This document shows positions 41,642 through 51,264 of a DNA stretch of 64,000 nt, piece after piece. A program made the position numbers and the translations under genes. Origin of the DNA: Clostridia bacterium (lineage in GTDB: Bacteria > Bacillota > Clostridia > Christensenellales > CAG-138); the NCBI GenBank assembly GCA_003246365.1, contig QKAN01000053.1, positions 15,842 through 79,841 of the forward strand, given 5' to 3'. The notes below the pieces were generated by a model. That model saw nothing but the letters and a program-made list of their open reading frames with translations. It was not told the origin of the DNA and made no database searches. Position 1 is the first letter of the stretch, and the number at the start of each line of letters is the position of its first letter.

Positions 41642-43165
41642 TTAATTCAACGCGCCCGAAACAGCCTCTACGGCGGGAATCAACGTTCCCTCCCGCACAA
41701 TACGCTCGCACGATTCCATGCGCTCATACATGACTACGTCCCGCTCAATCGGCGGCACCGCCCGGCGCAGCACATCAAACGCTGCGCGGGTTGCGGGCGC
41801 GAGTTTCTCCGCGCCCATCATGCCCGCCGCCTGACCGGCGGCAAACAGTTCGATGGCGAGAACGCGTTGTGCGTTTTTCAATATCTCCGCCGCCTTGCGC
41901 GCCGCAATCGTGCCCATGCTCACGTGATCCTCCTGATTGGCGGAGGATGGAATGGAATCTACGCTTGCCGGATGCGCAAGAATTTTGTTTTCCGAAACCA
42001 GCGCCGCGGCGGCGTATTGCGCAATCATAAACCCGCTGTTCAGGCCGCCGTTCGGCGTCAGAAACGCAGGCAGGTTATTGTTGAGATACGGGTTCACCAG
42101 ACGTTCGGTGCGCCGCTCGGAAACGTTCGCAAGCTCCGCAATCGCGATAGCGAGAAAATCGAACGCAAGCGCCATCGGCTGTCCGTGAAAGTTGCCGCCG
42201 GAGATCACGTCTCCCTCGTCTGGAAAGATCAGCGGGTTGTCGGTAACCGCGTTGATTTCGCGGCTCACCGCATCATATACATATTGTATCGCATCACGGC
42301 TTGCGCCGTGAATCTGCGGAATACAGCGAATGGAATACGCGTCCTGCACCTTTCCGGGCAGGCACTCGTTAGAAAGTTTGCTGCCCGACAGCAGCGCACG
42401 CAGGTTTTCGGCGCAGGCAACCTGTCCTGCATGACCGCGCAGCAGATGCACCCGCTCGTCAAACGCGCTTGTGATGCAGCTCTGCGCTTCGCAGGTGAGC
42501 GAAGCGACGATGTCCGCCGTCTTTTCAAGCGTTTTTGCGTCGTGCACGCAGAGCGCGCCGATGGCGGTCATTACCTGGGTTCCGTTGATGAGCGCAAGAC
42601 CTTCCTTCGCGGCAAGCGTTACAAGCGGAATTTCCGCGCGGCGCATCGCCTCCGCACCGGGTAGAATTTCGCCCCGATATTCCGCAATGCCTTCTCCGAT
42701 CATCGGCAATACCATATGTGCGAGGGGGACAAGGTCTCCGCTTGCGCCGAGGCTTCCCTTTTCCGGAATCACGGGGTGTACGCCGCAGTTCAGCATAGAA
42801 AGTAGCGTCTCCATCGTGGAAAGCCGAATTCCCGAATATCCGCGTGAAAGCGCGTTGAGCCGGAGCAGCATGACCGCGCGCACCGCTTCCGTCGACAGCG
42901 GGTCGCCCGTGCCGCAGGCGTGGCTCACGATCAGATTTTTTTGCAGCGCTTCGGTGTCCGCATCCGCAATGCGCTTTTCCGCGAATTTGCCGAATCCTGT
43001 CGTCAGTCCGTAGACCGCTTCTCCGCTTTTTAACAGCGCATCCACCGCCGCGCGGGAACGGCAGATTGCCGCCTGCGCGACCGCAGAGATCACAACATTT
43101 TCTTTTTCGCGCGCTACGCGGGCCGTTTCTTCTATGGTTAATGTCGATCCGTTGAGTGTAATCAT
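41642..43165 (-). CDS. hutH: histidine ammonia-lyase
   Basis: Start at ATG 43165. MIO-forming 'GSLGASGDLVPLAHM'; 'VYGLTTGFG'. Confidence 0.9.
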   Translation of the reverse strand: MITLNGSTLTIEETARVAREKENVVISAVAQAAICRSRAAVDALLKSGEAVYGLTTGFGKFAEKRIADADTEALQKNLIVSHACGTGDPLSTEAVRAVMLLRLNALSRGYSGIRLSTMETLLSMLNCGVHPVIPEKGSLGASGDLVPLAHMVLPMIGEGIAEYRGEILPGAEAMRRAEIPLVTLAAKEGLALINGTQVMTAIGALCVHDAKTLEKTADIVASLTCEAQSCITSAFDERVHLLRGHAGQVACAENLRALLSGSKLSNECLPGKVQDAYSIRCIPQIHGASRDAIQYVYDAVSREINAVTDNPLIFPDEGDVISGGNFHGQPMALAFDFLAIAIAELANVSERRTERLVNPYLNNNLPAFLTPNGGLNSGFMIAQYAAAALVSENKILAHPASVDSIPSSANQEDHVSMGTIAARKAAEILKNAQRVLAIELFAAGQAAGMMGAEKLAPATRAAFDVLRRAVPPIERDVVMYERMESCERIVREGTLIPAVEAVSGALN

Positions 43166-43509
43166 ATTCCTGCTCCGTATCCGTTTGATAATCATTGGAT
43201 ACAGCAAGTCTATCTTGCATAATCATCCGCGTCAATACACAAACCAAAATTTTAAGAGTGCCGAATTTTGCCCGATTTATGGCTTTTTCCGTGCGCTGTT
43301 TTAACGCGCTAAAGTGCATAAAGTCGTATAATTCAGTTTTTTGTATTTGTCATGATATATGCGATATGTCGACTCTTCGCGAAAAAGAAAACCGGAATTT
43401 CGCTTAAATACTGCCGTTTTATCGATCGATTTCTCACTGTAACATAATCACGGTATCCAAAATGGTAATTTCGTACAATAATACCATCAACAGCAAAGGA
43501 GTAACTGCA

Positions 43510-43818
43510 ATGTCCGTCAATGTCATCACAAAAGATAACTTCGATCAAGAAGTATTAAAAGAAAGCAAAACTGTCCTCCTCGATTTCTGGGCGAGCTGGT
43601 GTGGCCCCTGCCGCATGGTATCCCCCATCATCGACGAGATTGCGAACGAACGCGCAGACCTGAAAGTCGGCAAGGTAAATGTCGACGAACAGCCTGAACT
43701 CGCGGCAAAGTTTGGCGTAATGAGCATCCCGACGCTCATCGTCATGAAGGACGGCAAGATCGTCAACCAGACGGCCGGTGCCCGTCCCAAACCCCAAATT
43801 CTCTCCTTGATCCCGTAA
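43510..43818 (+). CDS. trxA: thioredoxin
   Basis: Start at ATG 43510 (AAGGAG upstream). Active site 'WASWCGPCR'. 102 aa. Confidence 0.9.
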   Translation: MSVNVITKDNFDQEVLKESKTVLLDFWASWCGPCRMVSPIIDEIANERADLKVGKVNVDEQPELAAKFGVMSIPTLIVMKDGKIVNQTAGARPKPQILSLIP

Positions 43819-43831
43819 GTGCAAGCAACGC

Positions 43832-43868
43832 AAAAACGCCGTCCGGCTCCACCCGGACGGCGCTTTTG
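43832..43868. terminator. bidirectional intrinsic terminator
   Basis: AAAAACGCCGTCCGG-CTCCAC-CCGGACGGCGCTTTTG. Confidence 0.75.
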
Positions 43869-43907
43869 TCTTATACTTTCATCTGAGGCTGCAACAGAAA
43901 AAATCTG

Positions 43908-44564
43908 TTAGCCCGCCATCGCGTCTAGTTTGTTGCGGTCTACAATCGTTACACCGCCGCGCGCAAGGGAAACCATGTTTTCCTCCTGAAAATACTTGAG
44001 CATTCTCGTTACGACTTCGCGCGCGGTACCCATATGATTCGCAATTTTCTCATGCGTAATTTCCAGCGTGTCGCAGTCCTCAATGGTGCTTTCTTCCAGA
44101 AGGAATGTCGCAAGCCGCGCATCAAAGCGTTTGAAGAGAATCTGATCCATCAGCCACATGACCTCGGAAAAGCGAGAGGCCAGTACCTGGCAGGTGTAAT
44201 TCGCCAGCGGTGCGCTGCGTTCCATAACCGCGTGATACGTCTCCGTCGGAATCAGCCAGACTTCCGAATCCTTTTCCGCCTCAATCGTTACCTCAAAGCG
44301 GATGCTGGACATCATGCAAGCTGCGGAAAACAGGCAGATATCCCGATCCAGCAAACGATAAAGCGTAACTTCTTTTCCTTCGTCGGAAACGATATAAGCG
44401 CGAAGCTGTCCGCTCTTGATGACGAGTACGCCGACACAGTCGGCAGAGCCATTATGTAAAGTTGTCCCCTTAGGCGCGTTGCGAAGCGCCGTTGCCTCTT
44501 CCAGTGCGCGCTGGTCTTCCGGGGAAAGCTGCTTCCAAATTGGCAGATATGTTCCGAGTTCCAT
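43908..44564 (-). CDS. Crp/Fnr-family transcriptional regulator
   Basis: 218 aa. cNMP-binding-like beta-roll and a C-terminal HTH 'THEKIANHMGTAREVVTRMLKYFQEE'. Confidence 0.8.
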   Translation of the reverse strand: MELGTYLPIWKQLSPEDQRALEEATALRNAPKGTTLHNGSADCVGVLVIKSGQLRAYIVSDEGKEVTLYRLLDRDICLFSAACMMSSIRFEVTIEAEKDSEVWLIPTETYHAVMERSAPLANYTCQVLASRFSEVMWLMDQILFKRFDARLATFLLEESTIEDCDTLEITHEKIANHMGTAREVVTRMLKYFQEENMVSLARGGVTIVDRNKLDAMAG

Positions 44565-44867
44565 TTTTCCGCCTCCATTATTTTCTCTATGTTCGATTAT
44601 AACGTGTTTTGCAATATTGTGCTTACTTTTGTAGCATTTTTCAAAAAAAACATTATAATAAAACTAGGATGTCTATATGTTGCTAACAGGAATTATTATT
44701 ATATAGTGACATTTTTCATCCGAAGGTGTATTATACTTCTTGTAACCTGTATCTTCCCGCTCGGCGATACCTGAAAGAATTGATATGCATGAAATTCAAT
44801 CATGTGCGCTCGGCGGCAAACAGAACCAACTCAGTACAATTTTAAAAAAACAAGGAGGATCTACATT

Positions 44868-45251
44868 ATGATGTGTGAAACCAAATTCTTCCGCTGCGAT
44901 ATCTGCGGCAACCTCGTCGGCATGATTCATTCTTCCGGTGCACCCATGAGCTGCTGCGGTCAGCATATGACCGAACTCGTACCCGGCAGCGTGGACGCAA
45001 GCCAGGAAAAGCACGTTCCCGTCATCAAAGTGGACGGCGACACCTGCACCGTTCATGTTGGCAGCGTTGATCATCCGATGCTGGAAGAGCACCATATTGC
45101 CTGGATTTATCTGCAGACCACGGACGGCGGACAACGCAAGTGCCTGGAAGTCGGCGGAAAACCCGAAGCGACCTTCGCTCTCGGCGGCGCGAAAGTTGTT
45201 GCAGCCTTTGAATACTGCAACCTGCACGGCCTCTGGAAGGCAGACGCGTAA
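44868..45251 (+). CDS. dfx: desulfoferrodoxin (superoxide reductase, 2Fe type)
   Basis: Start at ATG 44868 (AGGAGG upstream). Desulforedoxin-like 'CDICGNLV..SCCG'. SOR centre 'KHVPV', 'HPMLEEHHIAWI', 'CNLHGLW'. Confidence 0.9.
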   Translation: MMCETKFFRCDICGNLVGMIHSSGAPMSCCGQHMTELVPGSVDASQEKHVPVIKVDGDTCTVHVGSVDHPMLEEHHIAWIYLQTTDGGQRKCLEVGGKPEATFALGGAKVVAAFEYCNLHGLWKADA

Positions 45252-45274
45252 CGCGCGAGTAGAAGCAATTTAGA

Positions 45275-45308
45275 AAAAGCCCCGCACCATTTGTGCGGGG
45301 CTTTTTTG
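45275..45308 (+). terminator. intrinsic terminator
   Basis: AAAAAGCCCCGCAC-CATT-TGTGCGGGGCTTTTTTG. Confidence 0.8.
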
Positions 45309-45628
45309 CTTTCATCGGTCATCCGAATGTGAAGATGTCTGCTATGCCTAGTAAACTTATGCATTGCGCACTGTTCAATTGTTCATAAAACAGTTTTGTT
45401 ACGTTAGATAACGCGTGCCCCGTAATCAATTGTAACGGAATTTCTGATAATTCATTTCTTTTGTTTGATGTAGATCGTTTAAAAACCGAATCAAATCCGA
45501 AAATAAAGTTAAAAAGTCGCTTTTCTATTGTATCGACAAGCTTGCACTGTTATAATCTGTTATAAGGGAGTTTGTCAATATATGCTTATTTTGGCAGAAC
45601 CAAACTTCCTCATCGGGGGACTTATAGC

Positions 45629-46315
45629 ATGCTGCCGCTGGTTGTGGCGATACTTTTAGTCGGCTGTATAGTCGAAGCAATCTTTATCATACTGGAACAA
45701 AAGAAGAAGCTGCTCGCCGCGCTCCTTTGTAAGAGTGCAGCGTCTTTTTTGTTTATTCTCGCCGGCGTTCTCGCCTTTCAGCAGGTCAAGCATTCATCCT
45801 ATGCGATTTTTGTTCTGTTGGGACTGGTGCTGGGCGCCGTTGGCGATATTTGTCTGAACCTTCGTTTCCTCGTTTCCAAACAAGCAAAACTGATTTTTAT
45901 GCTCGGAATTGCGGCGTTTCTTTTCGGTCATGTCGCTTATCTGTTTGCTTTAGCGGTGCGCTCGCCTCTGGCATTGCTCTATGCTCTGCCGGCGGCGGCT
46001 CTCCTTTCGTATTTTGTCATTCGTTTCGTGTTAAAGCGAGTTGAGGTGCAGGGCACAATTCGAACATTCGGAATTGTGTACCTTTGCATCGTCGTTCTGA
46101 TGGCATCGTGTGCCGTCATTCTGTTTACGCTGGACCTGCGGGATGGCTCCCGCGCGCTCTTTGCCGCAGGCGGAATACTTTTTGCTGTGAGCGATGTGTT
46201 GCTCGTGCTGAACCAGTTCGGAAAGCGTCCGTACCCTGCGTTCCGCCCGTTGAATCTTTCGCTCTATTATCTGGGTCAGGCGTGCATCGCCCTGACCATA
46301 GCGCTCGCGCGCTGA
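45629..46315 (+). CDS. YhhN-family (lysoplasmalogenase-like) membrane protein
   Basis: Start probably ATG 45629. 7-8 TM helices. 'LGAVGDICLN', 'FLFGHVAYLF', 'LFAVSDVLLVL'. Confidence 0.7.
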   Translation: MLPLVVAILLVGCIVEAIFIILEQKKKLLAALLCKSAASFLFILAGVLAFQQVKHSSYAIFVLLGLVLGAVGDICLNLRFLVSKQAKLIFMLGIAAFLFGHVAYLFALAVRSPLALLYALPAAALLSYFVIRFVLKRVEVQGTIRTFGIVYLCIVVLMASCAVILFTLDLRDGSRALFAAGGILFAVSDVLLVLNQFGKRPYPAFRPLNLSLYYLGQACIALTIALAR

Positions 46316-46457
46316 TTTTTACTTCACTTCCCCACAAGCGTATGCAACGCTTGCCTGTATATGCCCCGGCGACGCATAGCGAAGAAACGATCTCTTTGCA
46401 TGTTGTGCCACGCCGCACCAATGAATTCAGGAAGGAAGCCAAACGGTTACTGGTATT

Positions 46458-47156
46458 ATGAAACAAGAGGGATTGAAAAAGTCGTTCGTACACACGATGC
46501 AGCAAAAAATCTTTTCCGGCGAATATCAAGTCGGTCAGCAGCTGCCGCCGGAGCGGGAGCTCGCCGCCGAACTTGGCGTCAGCCGCTCGCTGGTGAACAC
46601 CGGCATATCGGAACTTGCAAATCAAGGGTTTATTCGCATTATTCCGCGGCAGGGAAGCATTGTTGCGGATTACAAAAAGAACGGCACCTTGCAGGTGCTC
46701 AGCGCGTTGATGAGCTGCGACAGTTTTCGTCTGGATTATCCGCTGTTCTGCAATCTGGTCGATTTGCGAGTACTGATCGAATGCGAATGCGCGCGTTTAG
46801 CCTGCCTCAACGCAACGGCCGAGGAAATTGACACGCTAGGCGTTCTTTCGCATTGCATCAGGAACGCCGCCGACCCGCTCGACGCGGTCGAGCCCATTGT
46901 GCGTTTCCATTTTCTGATCACGCAATATTCCGGAAACGCCGTATACGCAATGACGTATAAGAGTTTCGAGTCCACCATTATACGGCTGACCCGACAGCAC
47001 CTCACCCTCGCGCCGGACATGCCGAAAACCATCAAGTTGCACGAATCGTTGGTTCGCTCTTTGCAAGCTCACGATACGGAAGCCAGCGTACAAAACGCGA
47101 AGCTTTGCATTTTGCACGGCGCAAACGCGCTCAAAAAGCTTTATCGAACCACTTGA
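46458..47156 (+). CDS. GntR-family (FadR/FCD subfamily) transcriptional regulator
   Basis: wHTH 'LPPERELAAELGVSRSLVNTGISELANQGFIRIIPRQGSIV' plus an all-helical FCD-like C-terminus. Confidence 0.85.
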   Translation: MKQEGLKKSFVHTMQQKIFSGEYQVGQQLPPERELAAELGVSRSLVNTGISELANQGFIRIIPRQGSIVADYKKNGTLQVLSALMSCDSFRLDYPLFCNLVDLRVLIECECARLACLNATAEEIDTLGVLSHCIRNAADPLDAVEPIVRFHFLITQYSGNAVYAMTYKSFESTIIRLTRQHLTLAPDMPKTIKLHESLVRSLQAHDTEASVQNAKLCILHGANALKKLYRTT

Positions 47157-47201
47157 AATCGTTTGAATGCCACCGAATACATCATATTCGGTATCAATAT
47201 T

Positions 47202-47233
47202 CCCCGTCTGCGGTCAACCGCGGACGGGGTTTT
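47202..47233 (+). terminator. intrinsic terminator
   Basis: CCCCGTC-TGCGGTCAACCGC-GGACGGGG followed by TTTT. Confidence 0.65.
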
Positions 47234-47409
47234 GCACACCGCCGAGCGGTCGGCGCGCTTTACAATCCGGCCCGAAGCGTGTATCGTTAGATTGAACATA
47301 GGCCGAACAAACCAGAGCATTTCCACCGGTTTGCGAACTGCATTTTTGTAGACAGCTTTATCGAGAGCTTAATAGAGAGTTTATCGAACGAACGGATTTA
47401 TTTACACAT

Positions 47410-48027
47410 ATGAAATTAAAAGTACTGGTCGTTTCCGACCACGAAAGCGAATTTATCTGGGATTATTTCGACGCAAAGGCCTTTGCTGGCGTAGACGTCA
47501 TGATCTCATGCGGCGATTTAAAACCGGAGTATCTTTCGTTTCTCGTCACCATGATCCCCGCCCCGCTCTTGTTTGTGCGCGGAAATCACGACGCACGATA
47601 CGTGCAGAACCCGCCCGATGGATGCATCGACCTCGAAGAAAAACCCGTCGTCATCAAAGGCGTTCGATTTGTCGGCTTTGGCGGCTGCAAGAGCGAACAT
47701 TCCGCGCCAAATCAATATTCCGAACGGGAGATGAACCTGCGTGTACTGCGCGCAACACTCGCGCTCTCGTTAAAAAAGGGCATCGACGTTTTGGTTACGC
47801 ATGCGCCCGCGGCCGGACTAGGAGACGGAGACGACCGCTTTCACGAAGGCTTTGAAACCTTCGTCAAACTCATCGACAAATACAACCCGCGCTATCATTT
47901 GCACGGACACCAGCACCTGACCTATTCCATCGGTTCCAAACGTGTTATTCAATATAACAACACGACGATCGTCAACGGATACAACTATTACATCATGGAT
48001 ATGGACTTTCCGGAGGAAACAACATGA
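47410..48027 (+). CDS. metallophosphoesterase (calcineurin-like)
   Basis: 'VVSDHE', 'CGDL', 'RGNHD', 'VTHAP', 'HGHQH' motif series. Stop overlaps the next start (ATGA). Confidence 0.85.
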   Translation: MKLKVLVVSDHESEFIWDYFDAKAFAGVDVMISCGDLKPEYLSFLVTMIPAPLLFVRGNHDARYVQNPPDGCIDLEEKPVVIKGVRFVGFGGCKSEHSAPNQYSEREMNLRVLRATLALSLKKGIDVLVTHAPAAGLGDGDDRFHEGFETFVKLIDKYNPRYHLHGHQHLTYSIGSKRVIQYNNTTIVNGYNYYIMDMDFPEETT

Positions 48028-49910
48028 GTCCGAGCGGTAAAGGAAACGAAGAATACGACCGCGCGAGAAAGCGCGGACAAAAAGAATTTGCCCTGCGCCG
48101 CGCACGCGGAGAGAGCGGTTTCATTCCCGTGCTCAACGCCAAACGCGAAGAAAACGGCGTTCTGGCTTTTATCGCGCAGCCGATGCGTGCCATTTCGCTC
48201 AACCGTATTGCAGGCACGTATCAGGCCAGCCGGGCAAACTCGTTTGCGGCAAATTTCATGCCGCTGCTCAGCGCCGACACGGAATTTGCCTACAAATGGA
48301 TTAACCTGTGCGACGCGCATCTGGAAAGCGGCATCCGCGACCCGATTCGCGTTTATGAATATCTCTGGAAATATTACGTTGCGGAAGGCAACAAGCGCGT
48401 CAGTGTGTTGAAATATTTCGAAGCGAGTTCGTTTGAAGCGGAAATTATTCGCCTTGTCCCGCAATGGGATGAAACCGATCCTGAAATCGAGCGATATTAT
48501 ACGTTTCTTGCCTACAGCAAGAAAGGCGTATTTTCCGACATCGAGCTTTCCGAGTCCAGAAAATATGAGCGGCTCTATCGCATTGAACAGCGGCTGATTG
48601 CGGAGCTTGATCCCGTTTTGGACCCGCCGGATTACAATGCGCTGTATACGCGGTTCGAAATTGCTTATCTGCCGAGCAATTGCACGCTCTCGCTTGGCGA
48701 TGCTTTTTTGGAGTATCTGCATATCTACGGATTCCCCGTCAACATTCTTCCGGAAGAACTGACCGCGCGGATCATCACGCTAAAACCGCAGTTGGATATT
48801 TTGGAGCACCCGCCCTCCCCGCACGTTGTTTCGGAAGAGGAAGCGGAGGCGGCAGAACCAACGCTGTTTGCGCGGCTGTTGCCCGTGCGCCGAAATCCGA
48901 AAGTGGTATTTGCCTATTCCGGCGAACGCGCACAAAACAACTGGCTTGGCGCGCATGAGCAAGGACGCCTCGCCATGCAGGCGGAGTTAGGTGAAAAAGT
49001 GGATTCCCGCGTACTGGATTTGCCGGAGCGGGAAGAAGCCTATGATTTGCTCGTGCAAGAAGCGGGCGATGCCGGACTTCTGTTTGTGACAACCCCCTCG
49101 CTCATGAATCCCGTGCTGCGCTTTGCGCTGGAACACCCGAACTGTCTTACGCTCGTATATTCCCGCATGCAGCACCATTACCGCCTGCATACCTATTTCG
49201 GGCGTTATTATGAGGCGGTGTTCCTCTGCGGCGTCGCCGCGGGCCAATATACAAAAACCGGTATTACGGCATATGTGACACCAAAGCTGAGCTATGCGCG
49301 ATTCACTTCGGATATCAACGCGTTTGCGCTCGGCGTACACTCCGTGCGTCCGGATGCGCGCGTGCTGATGGTGACGCGCGATGTAGACCCCAAGGATACC
49401 GGCTCCAGTGCGCTCGGGGTAAAAGCCGCCGCGGAACTTGGGGCGGACACGGTGTTTACGCCGCATTATCCCGCGCTCTCACTGCCGGAGCTGCCATATA
49501 GCGTGTTTACCGCGCTGATTGCCGTTTCGCCCGACGGAACCCCTACGCGATATCTCGCCGCGCCGGACTGGAACTGGGAGCGTTTTTATACCGCAATCGT
49601 CAAGAGCTATCTCAACGGGAGTCTCAACGCACTGCTCAGCAACGACCAGGATGAATCACCGATTACAAGTTTCTGGTGGGGGCTTGGCGGCGGTGTCGTG
49701 GATGTCCGCCTTGGCAGTTGGTCCAACAGAACGCCGAATAACCTGATTCGATATTTGCGGGGCAGCATCTCCCGAAACCTCTACAACCCGTTTCACGGGC
49801 CGGTAATGGACACGGAAGGCGTTGTCCGCATTCCTGCGCATAGCGATGCGCCGCCCGCGGATATCATCAAAATGCGATATTTGGTGGAAGGGATCGAAGT
49901 GATCGAATAA
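48024..49910 (+). CDS. cytoplasmic two-domain protein: ParB/Srx-like N-terminal region + BMP (PnrA/Med-like) binding-protein fold
   Basis: 628 aa with GGAGGA 6 nt upstream and no signal peptide or TM. N-terminal 'DPIRVYEYLWKYYVAEGNKRVSVLKYFEASSFEAEIIRL'. The C-terminal half ('VVFAYSGE..GVAAGQYTKTGITAYV..SDINAFALGV') resembles BMP-family proteins. Domain calls are tentative. Confidence 0.6.
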   Translation: MSPSGKGNEEYDRARKRGQKEFALRRARGESGFIPVLNAKREENGVLAFIAQPMRAISLNRIAGTYQASRANSFAANFMPLLSADTEFAYKWINLCDAHLESGIRDPIRVYEYLWKYYVAEGNKRVSVLKYFEASSFEAEIIRLVPQWDETDPEIERYYTFLAYSKKGVFSDIELSESRKYERLYRIEQRLIAELDPVLDPPDYNALYTRFEIAYLPSNCTLSLGDAFLEYLHIYGFPVNILPEELTARIITLKPQLDILEHPPSPHVVSEEEAEAAEPTLFARLLPVRRNPKVVFAYSGERAQNNWLGAHEQGRLAMQAELGEKVDSRVLDLPEREEAYDLLVQEAGDAGLLFVTTPSLMNPVLRFALEHPNCLTLVYSRMQHHYRLHTYFGRYYEAVFLCGVAAGQYTKTGITAYVTPKLSYARFTSDINAFALGVHSVRPDARVLMVTRDVDPKDTGSSALGVKAAAELGADTVFTPHYPALSLPELPYSVFTALIAVSPDGTPTRYLAAPDWNWERFYTAIVKSYLNGSLNALLSNDQDESPITSFWWGLGGGVVDVRLGSWSNRTPNNLIRYLRGSISRNLYNPFHGPVMDTEGVVRIPAHSDAPPADIIKMRYLVEGIEVIE

Positions 49911-50047
49911 CCGAATGAAGATTTATATGGAGACGCGTATTTATTATATGTAATCCGGTTTGCGTTTCTCTCAAAATTTGATTAAAATGGTCTTTACTGT
50001 TTATATTCGCCACATATGCTGCGAAGCCAAAAAGGAGAACTTTCCTT

Positions 50048-51169
50048 ATGCAGAAAAAAGATCCGCCGATTCTCATCACGCGTCCGACGCTGCCGCCGGT
50101 GGAAGAATATGAATCACTCGTACGGGATATCTTTGCCTCCGGCTATCTGACGAACGGCGGTGCGCAGCATGCGCGCCTGGAAGCGGCGCTTGCGGAAAAA
50201 CTATCCGCACCATATCTGCGCCTGTTCACCAACGGACATCTGGCGCTGGAGTGCGCAATTTCCGCGTTCGGGTTTGACGGCGGCGAGATCATTACAACGC
50301 CGTTTACGTTTATCTCCACCACGCATGCCATTTCGCGCTGCGGGTTGACCCCTGTGTTCTGCGATGTGGAGCCGAATTATTTTACGATTGATCCCGCAAA
50401 AATTGAAGAAAAGATCACGCCGCGCACACGCGCCATTCTGCCGGTGCATGTATATGGCAATCCCTGCGACATGGATGCCATCGGCGCTATCGCAAAAAAG
50501 CACAACCTGCCCGTGCTCTACGATGCGGCGCACGCGTTCGGCGTAACCGTTCGCGGACGGGCCGTCGCGGAATTCGGCGATGCGTCCATGTTTAGCTTTC
50601 ATGCGACAAAATGCTACAACACCATAGAAGGCGGCGCTGTCATCTGCAAAGACACGGCGTTTGCGGAGCGGCTCAACGGCTATAAAAACTTTGGGTATCA
50701 CCCCGACGAAGAAATACGAGAGGTCGGCGGCAATGCCAAGATGAACGAATTTCAGGCGGCGATGGGATTGCTGAATCTAAAATACTTCGAGCAAAATATC
50801 GAAAAGCGCGCGGCAGTATCCGCGCGATACCACAAAAATCTTTCCGGCATAGACGGCCTCAGCTTCCGTCCCGTTCCGGAGGGCGTTCAGCAGAACTATG
50901 CATATCTGCCGGTCTCGTTCGATCCGGCAGTATTCGGCGCTTCCCGCGATGTGGTGTTTGAAACGCTAAAATCCTTCGGGATCATTGCACGAAAATATTT
51001 TTATCCGCTTTCCAGCGAAGCCGCGTGTTACAAAGGCGCGTACTCTCCCGAAGATACACCCGTTGCGTTCACCGCAAGCCGGCGCGTTCTCACGCTTCCG
51101 ATGTATCCGGATCTTGCGCTCAGCGATGTGGACGACATCTGCGAAATCGTCGCTTCGTGTCAGCGATAA
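50048..51169 (+). CDS. DegT/DnrJ/EryC1/StrS-family PLP-dependent aminotransferase
   Basis: 373 aa. 'PVHVYGNPCDMD', 'DAAHAFG', and the lysine motif 'FSFHATKCYNTIEGG'. Confidence 0.85.
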   Translation: MQKKDPPILITRPTLPPVEEYESLVRDIFASGYLTNGGAQHARLEAALAEKLSAPYLRLFTNGHLALECAISAFGFDGGEIITTPFTFISTTHAISRCGLTPVFCDVEPNYFTIDPAKIEEKITPRTRAILPVHVYGNPCDMDAIGAIAKKHNLPVLYDAAHAFGVTVRGRAVAEFGDASMFSFHATKCYNTIEGGAVICKDTAFAERLNGYKNFGYHPDEEIREVGGNAKMNEFQAAMGLLNLKYFEQNIEKRAAVSARYHKNLSGIDGLSFRPVPEGVQQNYAYLPVSFDPAVFGASRDVVFETLKSFGIIARKYFYPLSSEAACYKGAYSPEDTPVAFTASRRVLTLPMYPDLALSDVDDICEIVASCQR

Positions 51170-51187
51170 TCTTTCAAGCAAAAAGCT

Positions 51188-51221
51188 AAAAAAAAAGGGC
51201 AAGTGATCTTGCCCTTTTTGT
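51188..51221. terminator. bidirectional intrinsic terminator
   Basis: AAAAAAAAAGGGCAAG-TGAT-CTTGCCCTTTTTG. Confidence 0.8.
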
Positions 51222-51264
51222 TTGCTTAAATCTAGATATCATTGAATCTTAAATTCGTGATTTT

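Noticed and set aside
41543-42664. 373-aa plus-strand ORF. Similar long ORFs occur at 13310..14323, 32715..33719, 5371..6321, 47988..48722, 33950..34498, 38899..39717 and 15329..15988.
   Set aside because: All are antisense to or overlap well-supported genes (hutH, MacB permease, nadD-yqeK, sigma/anti-sigma, the BMP fusion, phosphohexomutase, ftcD, HlyD). All show the Arg/Gly/Ala-rich composition typical of non-coding frames.
44779-44800. ATTGA-N12-TCAAT, considered as an FNR/CRP box for the adjacent Crp/Fnr regulator.
   Set aside because: The spacing and half-site sequence do not fit TTGAT-N4-ATCAA or TGTGA-N6-TCACA. I kept it only as a weak note in a finding.
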